Of a DNA stretch of 57,885 bases, positions 15,820-24,000 are shown piece by piece; the first letter of the stretch is position 1, and every line of letters starts with the position of its first letter. The notes below the pieces were generated by a model that was not told the DNA's origin, searched no databases, and saw nothing but the letters and a program-made list of their open reading frames with translations. A program made the position numbers and the translations under genes. The DNA comes from an uncultured Lachnospiraceae bacterium (lineage in GTDB: Bacteria; Bacillota; Clostridia; Oscillospirales; CAG-272): positions 14,992-72,876 of the forward strand of contig CAYPRM010000002.1 of assembly GCA_964413365.1 (NCBI GenBank). Direction: 5' to 3'.

Positions 15820-17955
15820 CTATTCGTTGGTTGAGTTGATCAATACAGTTCCGTCGGTGCAAATTACGGTGCAGTCCGTCAGATCCTCGGACCAGTCGTT
15901 TTCAAAGTATAGATCCTTCTGCATAGTATTCCATTGTTCAACAGTTCCCTCGTAATTGATCTTTTTGAGCGAGGTCCACTCGATGAACGGCATTCCGAAA
16001 CCAGTAATGCTCACAGGAATGGTTACTGACTTGATGGAAGGGCATGCTGCAAGTCCCCAAGAGTCTATTCGGCTCATGCTCTCAGGGAAGATCAGCTCCT
16101 CGAGCCATACTGTATTTGTGAAGCAGCCATATTCCATATTTTCCACGCCCTCGGGGATCGTGTAGCTCTTAGCCTTGCTTCCCTTAGCGTAGGATATCAT
16201 GGTCTTGCCGTCCTTGGAGAACAGGCATCCGTCAATAGTCTTGAAGCGTTCGCTGTTCTCACTTATATTTATGCTCACGAGCGATGCACAGTTTTCAAAT
16301 GCCGCACCCGTAACGCTCTCAATACCGTCAGGAAGATTTATCTGTTCAAGATACATAGCACCGCTGATTGAGTCGTACTGCAGCTTCTTGACCGTGGTCG
16401 GGAGCGTGAATACCCTATCCTTCTTTCCGATGGCGTATGTGAGCAGCATACTGCCGTCCTTGGTGTAGAGATCTCCGTCGATGGACGTATAGACCGTATT
16501 GTCCTCACTCACGGTAATGCTCTCAAGCGAGGTGCAATAGGTCAACGCATAGCACTCCATCTCCGTAAGACTTGCGGGAAGGGTTATGCTCTTGAGATTA
16601 TTGACCTTCCAGAATGCGTAGTCGCATATCTTGGTAACGCCGTCGGGGACCTCAAAGCTTGTCGCAGTATTGCCCTGTGCATAGAAATACAGAACAGTAC
16701 CGTCCTTGCTGTATATCGCGTTATCGCACGATTTATAATTTGGATTTTCCTCGTCAATTTCAATAATACGCACCGAGGGGCATCCCAAAAACATAACTTC
16801 GCTCATGGTTGTAAGAGTCTTCGAAATGTACAGCTCCTCCAACTCAGGACACATATTAAACCCACTACCTACCATTGAATTCACGCCGTCATTCATAATC
16901 ACCTTCTTGAGCTTGGGGCAATTTGCAAACGCACTGTACATGGTGAGAGAATTGCCGTTCAGCGTTACCGTCTCGAGCGCCTCGCAATTATAAAATGATC
17001 CGGATATCATCTCAAGCGTAGTAGGTGTCGTTAAGTTCTTGAGGTAGATGCATCCGCCGAAGGCACTCATTTCCAAGCTCTTTACTCCCTCGGGAATAGT
17101 GAAGGACTCTCCCTCCTTGCTCGCAGGGTAGCAGTACAGAGTCTCACCGTTATAGCTGTAGAGTACATTGTCAACGCTCTTGAACTTGGTATTTCCCTCG
17201 CTCACATCGATCTCTGCAAGTGTCGGGATCTCGGCGAGAATGTAGCAGAAGTAATAAGGATTCAAGCCATTGCCCAATACCATTTTTCTAAGGGAATCGC
17301 ATCCCTCAAACGGCATGAGCTTATCATAATAAATACTCGTAATGCTGTCGGGTATGACGAGTGTCTCGAGCGTTTTAAGATTCATAAGCGCGCCCTCGTA
17401 AACACAGGTCACGGGCTTGCCGAGGTATGTGCTCGGCAATACGAGAGTGTCCTCGGTAAATCCCGTGAGACTCTTGATGCCGTAGGACTCGCCGTTATTG
17501 CGGAGCTCAAAGGTCATATTTAGCATGGGGATCACCTTGGTCTCAGCCGTCTTACCGCAGGTGGAGCACTCCTTGTGCTTGGAGCCCGCCTCCTCCGCGG
17601 TGGCGTTCTTGTCTATGATCCAGTCCCCTCCCTTGTGTCCCGTGGCGGAAATAGTCTGCTGCGCCGTGATGACCTCGTTGCAGGTCGAGCAATGCGAGCC
17701 CTCGGTCTTGCCGTCGTCCTCACAGGTCGCAGGAACAGCCGCATCCGTTACGGGGGTGTGTACATGGGTGCTCGGCGGATCGTCGCCCTCACTCGGATCG
17801 ACGGATGGTGCGGGCTTTGTCGTCGTGGATGTGGCAGTAGTAGTCGTGGTCGTGGTCGCAGGGCGCAGGATCTCAAGATACCTGCACGATGAGAGTGCGA
17901 GCACGGCGATACATATTACCACGATAATGATCAGATCTTTGAAAATAGCTTTCAT
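15820..17955 (-). CDS. Surface lipoprotein with BspA-type leucine-rich repeats (LRR_5-like)
   Basis: Signal peptide with lipobox LSSC, poly-Thr linker, and two Cys-x2-Cys motifs (HCSTCNEV, HKECSTCGK). These are followed by about 10 repeats of the type 'L..I.IP..V..I...AF..C..L..I'. Confidence 0.8.
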   Translation of the reverse strand: MKAIFKDLIIIVVICIAVLALSSCRYLEILRPATTTTTTTATSTTTKPAPSVDPSEGDDPPSTHVHTPVTDAAVPATCEDDGKTEGSHCSTCNEVITAQQTISATGHKGGDWIIDKNATAEEAGSKHKECSTCGKTAETKVIPMLNMTFELRNNGESYGIKSLTGFTEDTLVLPSTYLGKPVTCVYEGALMNLKTLETLVIPDSITSIYYDKLMPFEGCDSLRKMVLGNGLNPYYFCYILAEIPTLAEIDVSEGNTKFKSVDNVLYSYNGETLYCYPASKEGESFTIPEGVKSLEMSAFGGCIYLKNLTTPTTLEMISGSFYNCEALETVTLNGNSLTMYSAFANCPKLKKVIMNDGVNSMVGSGFNMCPELEELYISKTLTTMSEVMFLGCPSVRIIEIDEENPNYKSCDNAIYSKDGTVLYFYAQGNTATSFEVPDGVTKICDYAFWKVNNLKSITLPASLTEMECYALTYCTSLESITVSEDNTVYTSIDGDLYTKDGSMLLTYAIGKKDRVFTLPTTVKKLQYDSISGAMYLEQINLPDGIESVTGAAFENCASLVSINISENSERFKTIDGCLFSKDGKTMISYAKGSKAKSYTIPEGVENMEYGCFTNTVWLEELIFPESMSRIDSWGLAACPSIKSVTIPVSITGFGMPFIEWTSLKKINYEGTVEQWNTMQKDLYFENDWSEDLTDCTVICTDGTVLINSTNE

Positions 17956-18016
17956 AACCTTCCCTCCTTTTGGGGTGTTTATTATCCGTATTCAAAAACA
18001 ACATCAGCTATAATTC

Positions 18017-18045
18017 ATTGTACCATCTTTTATCTTTTTTGTCAA
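18017..18045 (-). promoter_or_regulatory. SigA-type promoter (extended -10) for the LRR gene
   Basis: Minus strand reads TTGACA, a 17-nt spacer, then TGg-TACAAT. Confidence 0.6.
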
Positions 18046-18107
18046 TATGTTTGTTTTTACAATTTAAGACCAATTTCGAATGTTAAATTTTCTCCAATGC
18101 TTTCTTC

Positions 18108-18260
18108 ACATAGCGAAGCATATCGACCGCCGCAGGCGGATATCGACTTGTGAACAATGGCTCACCACCACACGAAGCTCGTATTGTCCAAACGACCGTG
18201 CAAGCGGTGGATGAGGTGTTCCACAATGGAAGCCGAATGATATTCAACGACATCTTTTTT
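18108..18260. repeat. Array of short triloop hairpins, related to the element at 22931-23038
   Basis: TAGCGAAGCATATCGA-CCGCC-gca-GGCGG-ATATCGACTT, then ACGA-agc-TCGT, TTCCA-caa-TGGAA and GAAT-gat-ATTC. The first ~45 nt align with the reverse complement of 22990-23030. Confidence 0.5.
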
Positions 18261-18264
18261 AGAA

Positions 18265-18307
18265 GAAAATCCCCAAAAAGCAAAAGCCCCGGCGTCAGCT
18301 GAGGCTT
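18265..18307 (-). terminator. Probable terminator overlapping the radical SAM stop codon
   Basis: Minus strand reads AAGCCTC-N10-GGGGCTT followed by TTGCTTTTTGG. Confidence 0.45.
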
Positions 18308-19263
18308 TTTCCCTGCCACATATTATGTGAGTAGAGGTATTTATCTATATCGTTTATAACGGTAGTCTTTTTCCTCGACCAATCAGGTGCGAGAAGATCA
18401 TCCGCCATGCCGTCGCCTGTGAGGCGTGCGATGACGGTATTCTCGGGCAGGAGCGCGATCGACTCCGCGACAAGTCTGACGTACCTTTCCCTCTCGAGCG
18501 GCACATATTCGCCACTCTCGTACATTTCGGCAAGCCTCGTTCCTCGCAGGACGTGGAGAAGGTGAAGCTTGACCATATCCGGCTTCAGTTCACCGACTCT
18601 CCGCACGCTCTCGAGCATCATTTCGTCCGTTTCGTTCGGCAATCCAAGTATGAGATGGACGCAGATCTGTGCTTTCGGTGCGGCGGATCTCAAATTCCGA
18701 TATCCCACAAGGAAATCCTCGAAGGTATGCCCTCGGTTTATGCGCTCTGCGGTAGTATCGTGGACGGTCTGAAGCCCAAGCTCGACACAGAGCGTGGTCC
18801 TCTCCGAAATGTCGGCAAGATATGCGAGCACGTCCTGCGGCAGACAATCCGCACGTGTTGCAACGTTGAGTCCAACGACGCCCTCGCACGCAAGTGCCGC
18901 CTCGAATCTTTCCCTTATCTCCCGCACGCTCGCATAGGTATTCGTGCGCGCCTGAAAATACGGGATACACCGCTCCACGCTCCATTTTGAGGACAGCCTT
19001 TCGCGCGCTCTTGCGTATTGCTCGGATATCGGGAGAGTCGCACTCTCGGCAAAATCTCCGCTGCCGCGTGATGAGCAATATATGCATCCTCCGACGCCGC
19101 ATCTGCCGTCCATATTCGGACAGGTAAAGCCTGCGTCAAGTGGGATTTTCGCGCATTTTCCGCCAAATGTACGTTTTAGGTAAAAATCATAGGTGTAGTA
19201 TCTTTTATTGCTGTCGCTATTGGGGTATGGGTTCGTCTGCGACTGCTTTTCCCTGCTTTTCAT
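18295..19263 (-). CDS. TIGR01212-family radical SAM protein
   Basis: CPNMDGRCGVGGCIYCS cluster motif and overall similarity to the YhcC/TIGR01212 family. Confidence 0.85.
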   Translation of the reverse strand: MKSREKQSQTNPYPNSDSNKRYYTYDFYLKRTFGGKCAKIPLDAGFTCPNMDGRCGVGGCIYCSSRGSGDFAESATLPISEQYARARERLSSKWSVERCIPYFQARTNTYASVREIRERFEAALACEGVVGLNVATRADCLPQDVLAYLADISERTTLCVELGLQTVHDTTAERINRGHTFEDFLVGYRNLRSAAPKAQICVHLILGLPNETDEMMLESVRRVGELKPDMVKLHLLHVLRGTRLAEMYESGEYVPLERERYVRLVAESIALLPENTVIARLTGDGMADDLLAPDWSRKKTTVINDIDKYLYSHNMWQGKSLS

Positions 19264-19267
19264 TATT

Positions 19268-20509
19268 TTATCTTATGATGATATGCGCAGGTATGCCGTT
19301 CTCATATCTTACGGGAAGCTCGCCCTGTATGAGGGGAAGCAGGTAGCGTGCGCACTCGTCGGTTATATTATTTCCGCGCGCGTTTATAAATTCATCGGGC
19401 ACGTGCCTTACCATATTTGCGATCTCCGAGATGTCCCTGTGCGAGATCTCGACTCTGTACGGCTCATCGGACGCTCTCTCAATGGTCATCATCTGACGTG
19501 TTACGCCCGCTGCCGCCGCTCTGACTGCCTCACGTCCAACGCGCACGGATTCCTCTATATCCGTTCTCGACGCAATATGTGCGGCGCATCTCTGAACGAT
19601 ATTCAGCTCCACCGAGCGCACCTTACAGCCAAGCTCATTCTTTATAGCGTGCTCAAGTGCCTTGCCCGTTCCCGAGAGCTGTTTATGACCGAAAACGTCC
19701 GTCGACGCAATGCCAAATCCCTCGCAGACATATGTTCCGTCGGCAAATCTTATTCCCTCCGAGACGGCAACGACCACGTTCGGATGTCTATCAAGCGCCG
19801 CTCTGAGGTCCTCAAAGAATTCGTCCTTATCGAACGCGCGCTCGGGAAGATAGATGAGGTCGGGAGTCTCTCCGCCGAAGGCGCGTGCAATTCCCGACGC
19901 CGCCGTCAGCCACCCTGCGTCACGCCCCATTATCTCAATGACCGTTACCGCAGGCGTCGTATATACCGCGCAGTCCCTGATGCACTCGGAGACGGTGGTG
20001 GCGATATACTTTGCCGCGGAAGCAAAGCCGGGGGTATGATCCGTGCCGACAAGGTCGTTATCAACAGTCTTGGGCACGCCGACGACTCTCATCTCGTAAT
20101 CACAGCTGCGTGTGTACTCGGAGAGCTTGGCAACGGTGTCCATCGAGTCGTTTCCGCCGATGTAGAAGAAATATCTTATATCGTATTTTTTGAATATTTC
20201 TATGAGCCTTTCATAGGTCTCCCTGCCCTCCTCAAGCCTCGGGAGCTTTTTCCTGCATGAGCCGAGAGCCGCCGCAGGTGTCTGCTCGAGCACGAATATC
20301 CTGTCGCGGTCGGAGAAGAACGCGGAGAGATCTACGATATCCTCGCGAAGAAGCCCCTCGATACCGTTGTGCATACCGTAGAGCGTTCTTATCGCGCCGT
20401 CGGAATTGCCCTCGAGCACGCCTCTTACCACTCCTGCGAGCGTTGCGTTTATTGCCGCAGTCGGTCCGCCCGACTGTCCTACTATTGCGTTACCTACAAG
20501 CTTTTTCAT
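19268..20509 (-). CDS. pfp: Phosphofructokinase, probably pyrophosphate-dependent (PFP)
   Basis: PFK fold (GQSGGPTAAINA). GGNDS replaces GGDGS and PKTVDND replaces PGTIDND, the two substitutions (Gly to Asp, Gly to Lys) associated with PPi rather than ATP use. Confidence 0.75.
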   Translation of the reverse strand: MKKLVGNAIVGQSGGPTAAINATLAGVVRGVLEGNSDGAIRTLYGMHNGIEGLLREDIVDLSAFFSDRDRIFVLEQTPAAALGSCRKKLPRLEEGRETYERLIEIFKKYDIRYFFYIGGNDSMDTVAKLSEYTRSCDYEMRVVGVPKTVDNDLVGTDHTPGFASAAKYIATTVSECIRDCAVYTTPAVTVIEIMGRDAGWLTAASGIARAFGGETPDLIYLPERAFDKDEFFEDLRAALDRHPNVVVAVSEGIRFADGTYVCEGFGIASTDVFGHKQLSGTGKALEHAIKNELGCKVRSVELNIVQRCAAHIASRTDIEESVRVGREAVRAAAAGVTRQMMTIERASDEPYRVEISHRDISEIANMVRHVPDEFINARGNNITDECARYLLPLIQGELPVRYENGIPAHIIIR

Positions 20510-20551
20510 ATTTTTATACCTCTGAAAATCAATAAATATCGGTGAAGCATC

Positions 20552-21475
20552 TCACTTCAAAAATCCGTTGACTATCTGCTCCTCAGCCTCCGCCTCGGTG
20601 AGTCCGAGCGTCATCAGCTTCGTTATCTGCTCGCCTGCGATCTTTCCGATAGCCGCCTCGTGAATAAGGGATGCGTTGACGTCATTTGCGGTGATCTCGG
20701 GGATCGCGCGGACGCTCGCACCGTCCATAATTATGGCGTCGCACTCGGTATGTCCGTAGCAGGCGGAATTGCCGTTTATACGTGAGAGGAAGGTCTGCGT
20801 TGAGTTGTCCTTCGCAACGGAGCGCGACACGACGTTAGTGCTCGAGCCCTCTCCGTTGAGGTCGACCTGAAATTCCGTCTCTGCGTGCTGCGAGCCGTGC
20901 GTCATTATCTTTTCCTTTATAATAAGCGTTGCGCCCGACATAAGCGTCGCGGAGGTCTTGCGGTAGGTGGAGTCTATTCCCTTTATCTGCGTGGTCTCCA
21001 TCTCAAGATATGCGTCCTCGCCGAGCTCTACCACGGTCGTAGGGTTCATTATATTTCCACCCTCGCCCTCCTCCTCGCCGTAGTGACGCTCAACGTACCT
21101 GACCTTGGCACCGCGCGCTACATGGAAGGTGTGTATGCCGTCGTGGGCGGAATCCTGATCACCGCAGTTGTGTATTCCACAGCCTGCGATTATGGTAACA
21201 TCCGCACCCTCGCCGATATAAAAGTCGTTATATACCATATCCTTAAGTCCGCTCTCGCTGATGATAACGGGGATATGAACGCTCTCGTTTTTCGTCTCGG
21301 GCTTTATTATAATGTCTATTCCCGGCTTGTCGGTCTTAGTCACTATATCAATATTTGCGGTGGTGCGTCTGCCTGCCGCCGCGCCATTCTCACGAATATT
21401 GTACGCGCCCTCGGGCACGCCGTGAAGGTCGGCAACACGTGCGAGCAGATCTGCCTTTATCTTATCCATAGCCAT
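20552..21475 (-). CDS. SufB/SufD-family Fe-S cluster assembly protein
   Basis: Beta-helix SufBD-type C-terminal region (RAIPEITANDVNASLIHEAAIGKIAGEQ), located just downstream of the sufC-like ATPase gene. Confidence 0.8.
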   Translation of the reverse strand: MAMDKIKADLLARVADLHGVPEGAYNIRENGAAAGRRTTANIDIVTKTDKPGIDIIIKPETKNESVHIPVIISESGLKDMVYNDFYIGEGADVTIIAGCGIHNCGDQDSAHDGIHTFHVARGAKVRYVERHYGEEEGEGGNIMNPTTVVELGEDAYLEMETTQIKGIDSTYRKTSATLMSGATLIIKEKIMTHGSQHAETEFQVDLNGEGSSTNVVSRSVAKDNSTQTFLSRINGNSACYGHTECDAIIMDGASVRAIPEITANDVNASLIHEAAIGKIAGEQITKLMTLGLTEAEAEEQIVNGFLK

Positions 21476-21487
21476 AGCTCCACCTCC

Positions 21488-22213
21488 TCAAATATTGTCC
21501 GTCAGCACCGAGCAGGGTGCGCCCGAGCCGAGCACGGAGGGCATTATCTCGTCCTTCGTTCCGCTCTCGCGTATCTCTCCGTCGGCAATGACGATTATTC
21601 TGTCCGCTATATTGAGTATCCTCTCCTGATGGGAGATAATGATTATAGATCCGTGCGTCTTCTCGTGCATACGCTCAAAGACCTTGATGAGGTTGTTGAA
21701 GCTCCATAGGTCTATCCCTGCCTCGGGCTCGTCAAACACGGAGAGCTTCGTCGAGCGTGCGATTATGAGCGCGATCTCGATCCTCTTAAGCTCACCGCCC
21801 GAGAGGCTGGCGTTGACCTCACGGTCGATATAATCCCTCGCGCAAAGTCCAACCTCCGAGAGGTAGCCGCACGCCTCGCTTACACTTATCTGCTTGCCTG
21901 CCGCAAGCGTAATGAGATCCTTGACGGTAAGTCCCTTGAATCTCACGGGCTGTTGGAACGCAAAGCTGATACCTGCGCGCGCCCTGTCCGTTACCGAGGT
22001 CTCCGTAATGTCAACTCCGTCAAGGAATATCCTGCCCGAGGTGGGCTTATATATTCCTGCAATTATCTTTGCGAGCGTGGATTTTCCGCCACCGTTAGGC
22101 CCTGTTATAGCGACAAATCGCTCGTCTATCTTCAAATTGATATTCTTCAATATCTCCTTCTGCACACCGTTCTCGTCTGGCACAGCATAGGAAATGTTCT
22201 TTAGTTCAAGCAT
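21488..22213 (-). CDS. sufC: Fe-S cluster assembly ATPase SufC (ABC ATPase)
   Basis: Walker A GPNGGGKST, ABC signature LSGGELKR, Walker B VFDEPEAGID. Confidence 0.85.
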   Translation of the reverse strand: MLELKNISYAVPDENGVQKEILKNINLKIDERFVAITGPNGGGKSTLAKIIAGIYKPTSGRIFLDGVDITETSVTDRARAGISFAFQQPVRFKGLTVKDLITLAAGKQISVSEACGYLSEVGLCARDYIDREVNASLSGGELKRIEIALIIARSTKLSVFDEPEAGIDLWSFNNLIKVFERMHEKTHGSIIIISHQERILNIADRIIVIADGEIRESGTKDEIMPSVLGSGAPCSVLTDNI

Positions 22214-22270
22214 TTTTTCTCCTTTCCTGTTTTTTTATATGCCTTGATTAAATTTTTACATTGACAGTAT

Positions 22271-22299
22271 ATTATACCACATTTTGCCCTCTTTGTCTA
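22271..22299 (-). promoter_or_regulatory. SigA-type promoter (extended -10) for sufC
   Basis: Minus strand reads TAGACA, a 17-nt spacer, then TGg-TATAAT. Confidence 0.55.
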
Positions 22300-22411
22300 C
22301 ACATTTTTTAAGCATTTTTCACCCTTTTCGCACTCGTTTTCGTCGCGGCGGTCATTTTCGATGAAAAATGAGCATATTTTCTTAATCAACAAAATTTGAT
22401 AAATTTATATA

Positions 22412-22440
22412 TTGACATTACGAAAAAGTTTTGATATAAT
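22412..22440 (+). promoter_or_regulatory. SigA-type promoter (extended -10) for the small lipoprotein gene
   Basis: TTGACA, a 17-nt spacer, then TGa-TATAAT. Confidence 0.65.
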
Positions 22441-22500
22441 ATGTTCACAGTAAGATCATTTCTTACAGATTTTCTATTTATTTTCAAAAGGAGAAATGTT

Positions 22501-22881
22501 ATGAAAAGAACAGCTCGAATTCTGGTAGTAATTATGATGATCGCAATTCTTACTATGTCGCTCGCTTCCTGCGCTAAGACGCTCAGAGGCAGCTACGCAA
22601 ACACAGTTGAGTTTGTCGGAACAAAAACAACTACTACCTACACCTTTGACGGCAACAAGTTCACAAAGACCACCGTTGTCGGCATAGGCACTCTTAGCAA
22701 TACCACTGAGACCAGCGGTACTTACGAGATCACCGAGGAGGATGATCAGCTCTACATTACCTTCACAGTAGTTGACGGTGAGAACTCCACATCCAATAAG
22801 GTTACTCTTTCCGAGGGTGAGGAAGACGGCGTTAAGTATATAAAGATCGGCGACGTTAAGTTCGATAAGGTCGAGAAGTAA
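22501..22881 (+). CDS. Small lipoprotein of unknown function
   Basis: MKRTARILVVIMMIAILTMSLASC (lipobox LASC). AAGGAG RBS before the ATG at 22501; the track ORF start at 22441 is upstream of the RBS. Confidence 0.75.
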   Translation: MKRTARILVVIMMIAILTMSLASCAKTLRGSYANTVEFVGTKTTTTYTFDGNKFTKTTVVGIGTLSNTTETSGTYEITEEDDQLYITFTVVDGENSTSNKVTLSEGEEDGVKYIKIGDVKFDKVEK

Positions 22882-22900
22882 TTTTTCTCTGGCTAAATAC

Positions 22901-22930
22901 AAAAAAACCACGGCAATGCCGTGGTTTTTT
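22901..22930. terminator. Bidirectional intrinsic terminator
   Basis: AAAAAAA-CCACGGC-aat-GCCGTGG-TTTTTT. Confidence 0.85.
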
Positions 22931-23038
22931 GATATTCTCATTTACGTAGCGAATGAGGGGTGCGGTGTTGTGCTACCCGTTAATCGGTAAGACGATATGC
23001 CGCTTCGAGCTCGATATGTTCGCTACGCGAGCGAGATA
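22931..23038. repeat. 108-bp hairpin-rich element with imperfect inverted ends
   Basis: The left end GATATTCTCATTTACGTAGCGAATGAG resembles the reverse complement of the right end AATATCTCGCTCGCGTAGCGAACAT. Both share ATAT, CTC and CGTAGCGAA. Related sequence lies at 57747+ and 18108+. Confidence 0.55.
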
Positions 23039-23950
23039 TTATATAAGGGAAATATTATAAGGCGTTACCTGATAGACGTAATAATTGAGCCAATTTGAAT
23101 ATATGAGGGATGTGGTGGAATACCAATTCGGCTCCACCTTGGTCAGACCGTCGTCGACAAAATAATTTTTCGGCGGATCTATCGGAAGTCCTCGGTCGAG
23201 GTCGCGGTGATACTCCCTTGCGAGGGTATCCTTACTATACTCAAGGTGTCCCATAAAATACACCTGTCTGCCGTCACGCGAACGGAGAATGGACGCTCCG
23301 ACCTCATTACTGCGTGCGAGGGTTACTATATCATTTATCTTCGACAGCTCAAGCTCACTTATCTCCGTATGCCTCGAATGGGGGATATTTATATATTTAT
23401 CCGTTCCCTTCAGCAGAGGATCGTAGCGTGAGGTCTTTTCGTTCGGGAATATGCCAAAGACCTTCTTATCAAGCTCGGTCTTTTGCAATCCGTAATAATA
23501 ATGCAACGCCGCCTGTGCTCCCCAGCAGATGAATATCGTGCTCTGCACCCTCGTGCGCGCGTAATCAAATATCCTCGTTAGCTCCTCCCAATATCCGACC
23601 TCCTCAAACGGCATCGTTTCCACGGGCGCGCCCGTTATTATCATACCATCAAAGGTCCTGTCCTTTATCTCGTCGAACGTTCTGTAAAATCTCTCGAGGT
23701 GATGCTCGGGAGCGTGCGTGCTGACGTAGGATTGCGTGCCGATGAGGGTTATCCTTATCTGGAGGGGCGAATTTGAGAGCATTCTGAACAGCTGTGTCTC
23801 GGTCTCGACCTTCGTGGGCATCAGGTTAAGTATCGCTATCTCTATTGGTCTTATATCCTGCCGTTCGGCACGGAGCTCGTTCATAACAAAGATATTCTCC
23901 GAGCGCAGAGTCTGATATGCAGGAATATCGTGCGGAATTATTATCGGCAT
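23039..23950 (-). CDS. metA: Homoserine O-acyltransferase MetA (acetyl- or succinyl-transferase)
   Basis: MPIIIPHDIPA...IRPIEIAILNLMP N-terminus characteristic of the MetA family. Confidence 0.92.
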   Translation of the reverse strand: MPIIIPHDIPAYQTLRSENIFVMNELRAERQDIRPIEIAILNLMPTKVETETQLFRMLSNSPLQIRITLIGTQSYVSTHAPEHHLERFYRTFDEIKDRTFDGMIITGAPVETMPFEEVGYWEELTRIFDYARTRVQSTIFICWGAQAALHYYYGLQKTELDKKVFGIFPNEKTSRYDPLLKGTDKYINIPHSRHTEISELELSKINDIVTLARSNEVGASILRSRDGRQVYFMGHLEYSKDTLAREYHRDLDRGLPIDPPKNYFVDDGLTKVEPNWYSTTSLIYSNWLNYYVYQVTPYNISLI

Positions 23951-24000
23951 CGTTCTTTCCTTTCGGGTTTTTGATCAAATGTTAATGTAAATATCAAATA

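Noticed and set aside
15650-15862. 70-aa minus-strand ORF between the LRR gene and mraZ.
   Set aside because: It spans the LRR terminator and the Pmra promoter, and is AT-rich with poor coding character.
18083-18319. 78-aa minus-strand ORF in the radical SAM / LRR spacer.
   Set aside because: It has no RBS, overlaps the radical SAM stop and terminator, has an implausible composition, and the region is better explained as a hairpin-repeat element.
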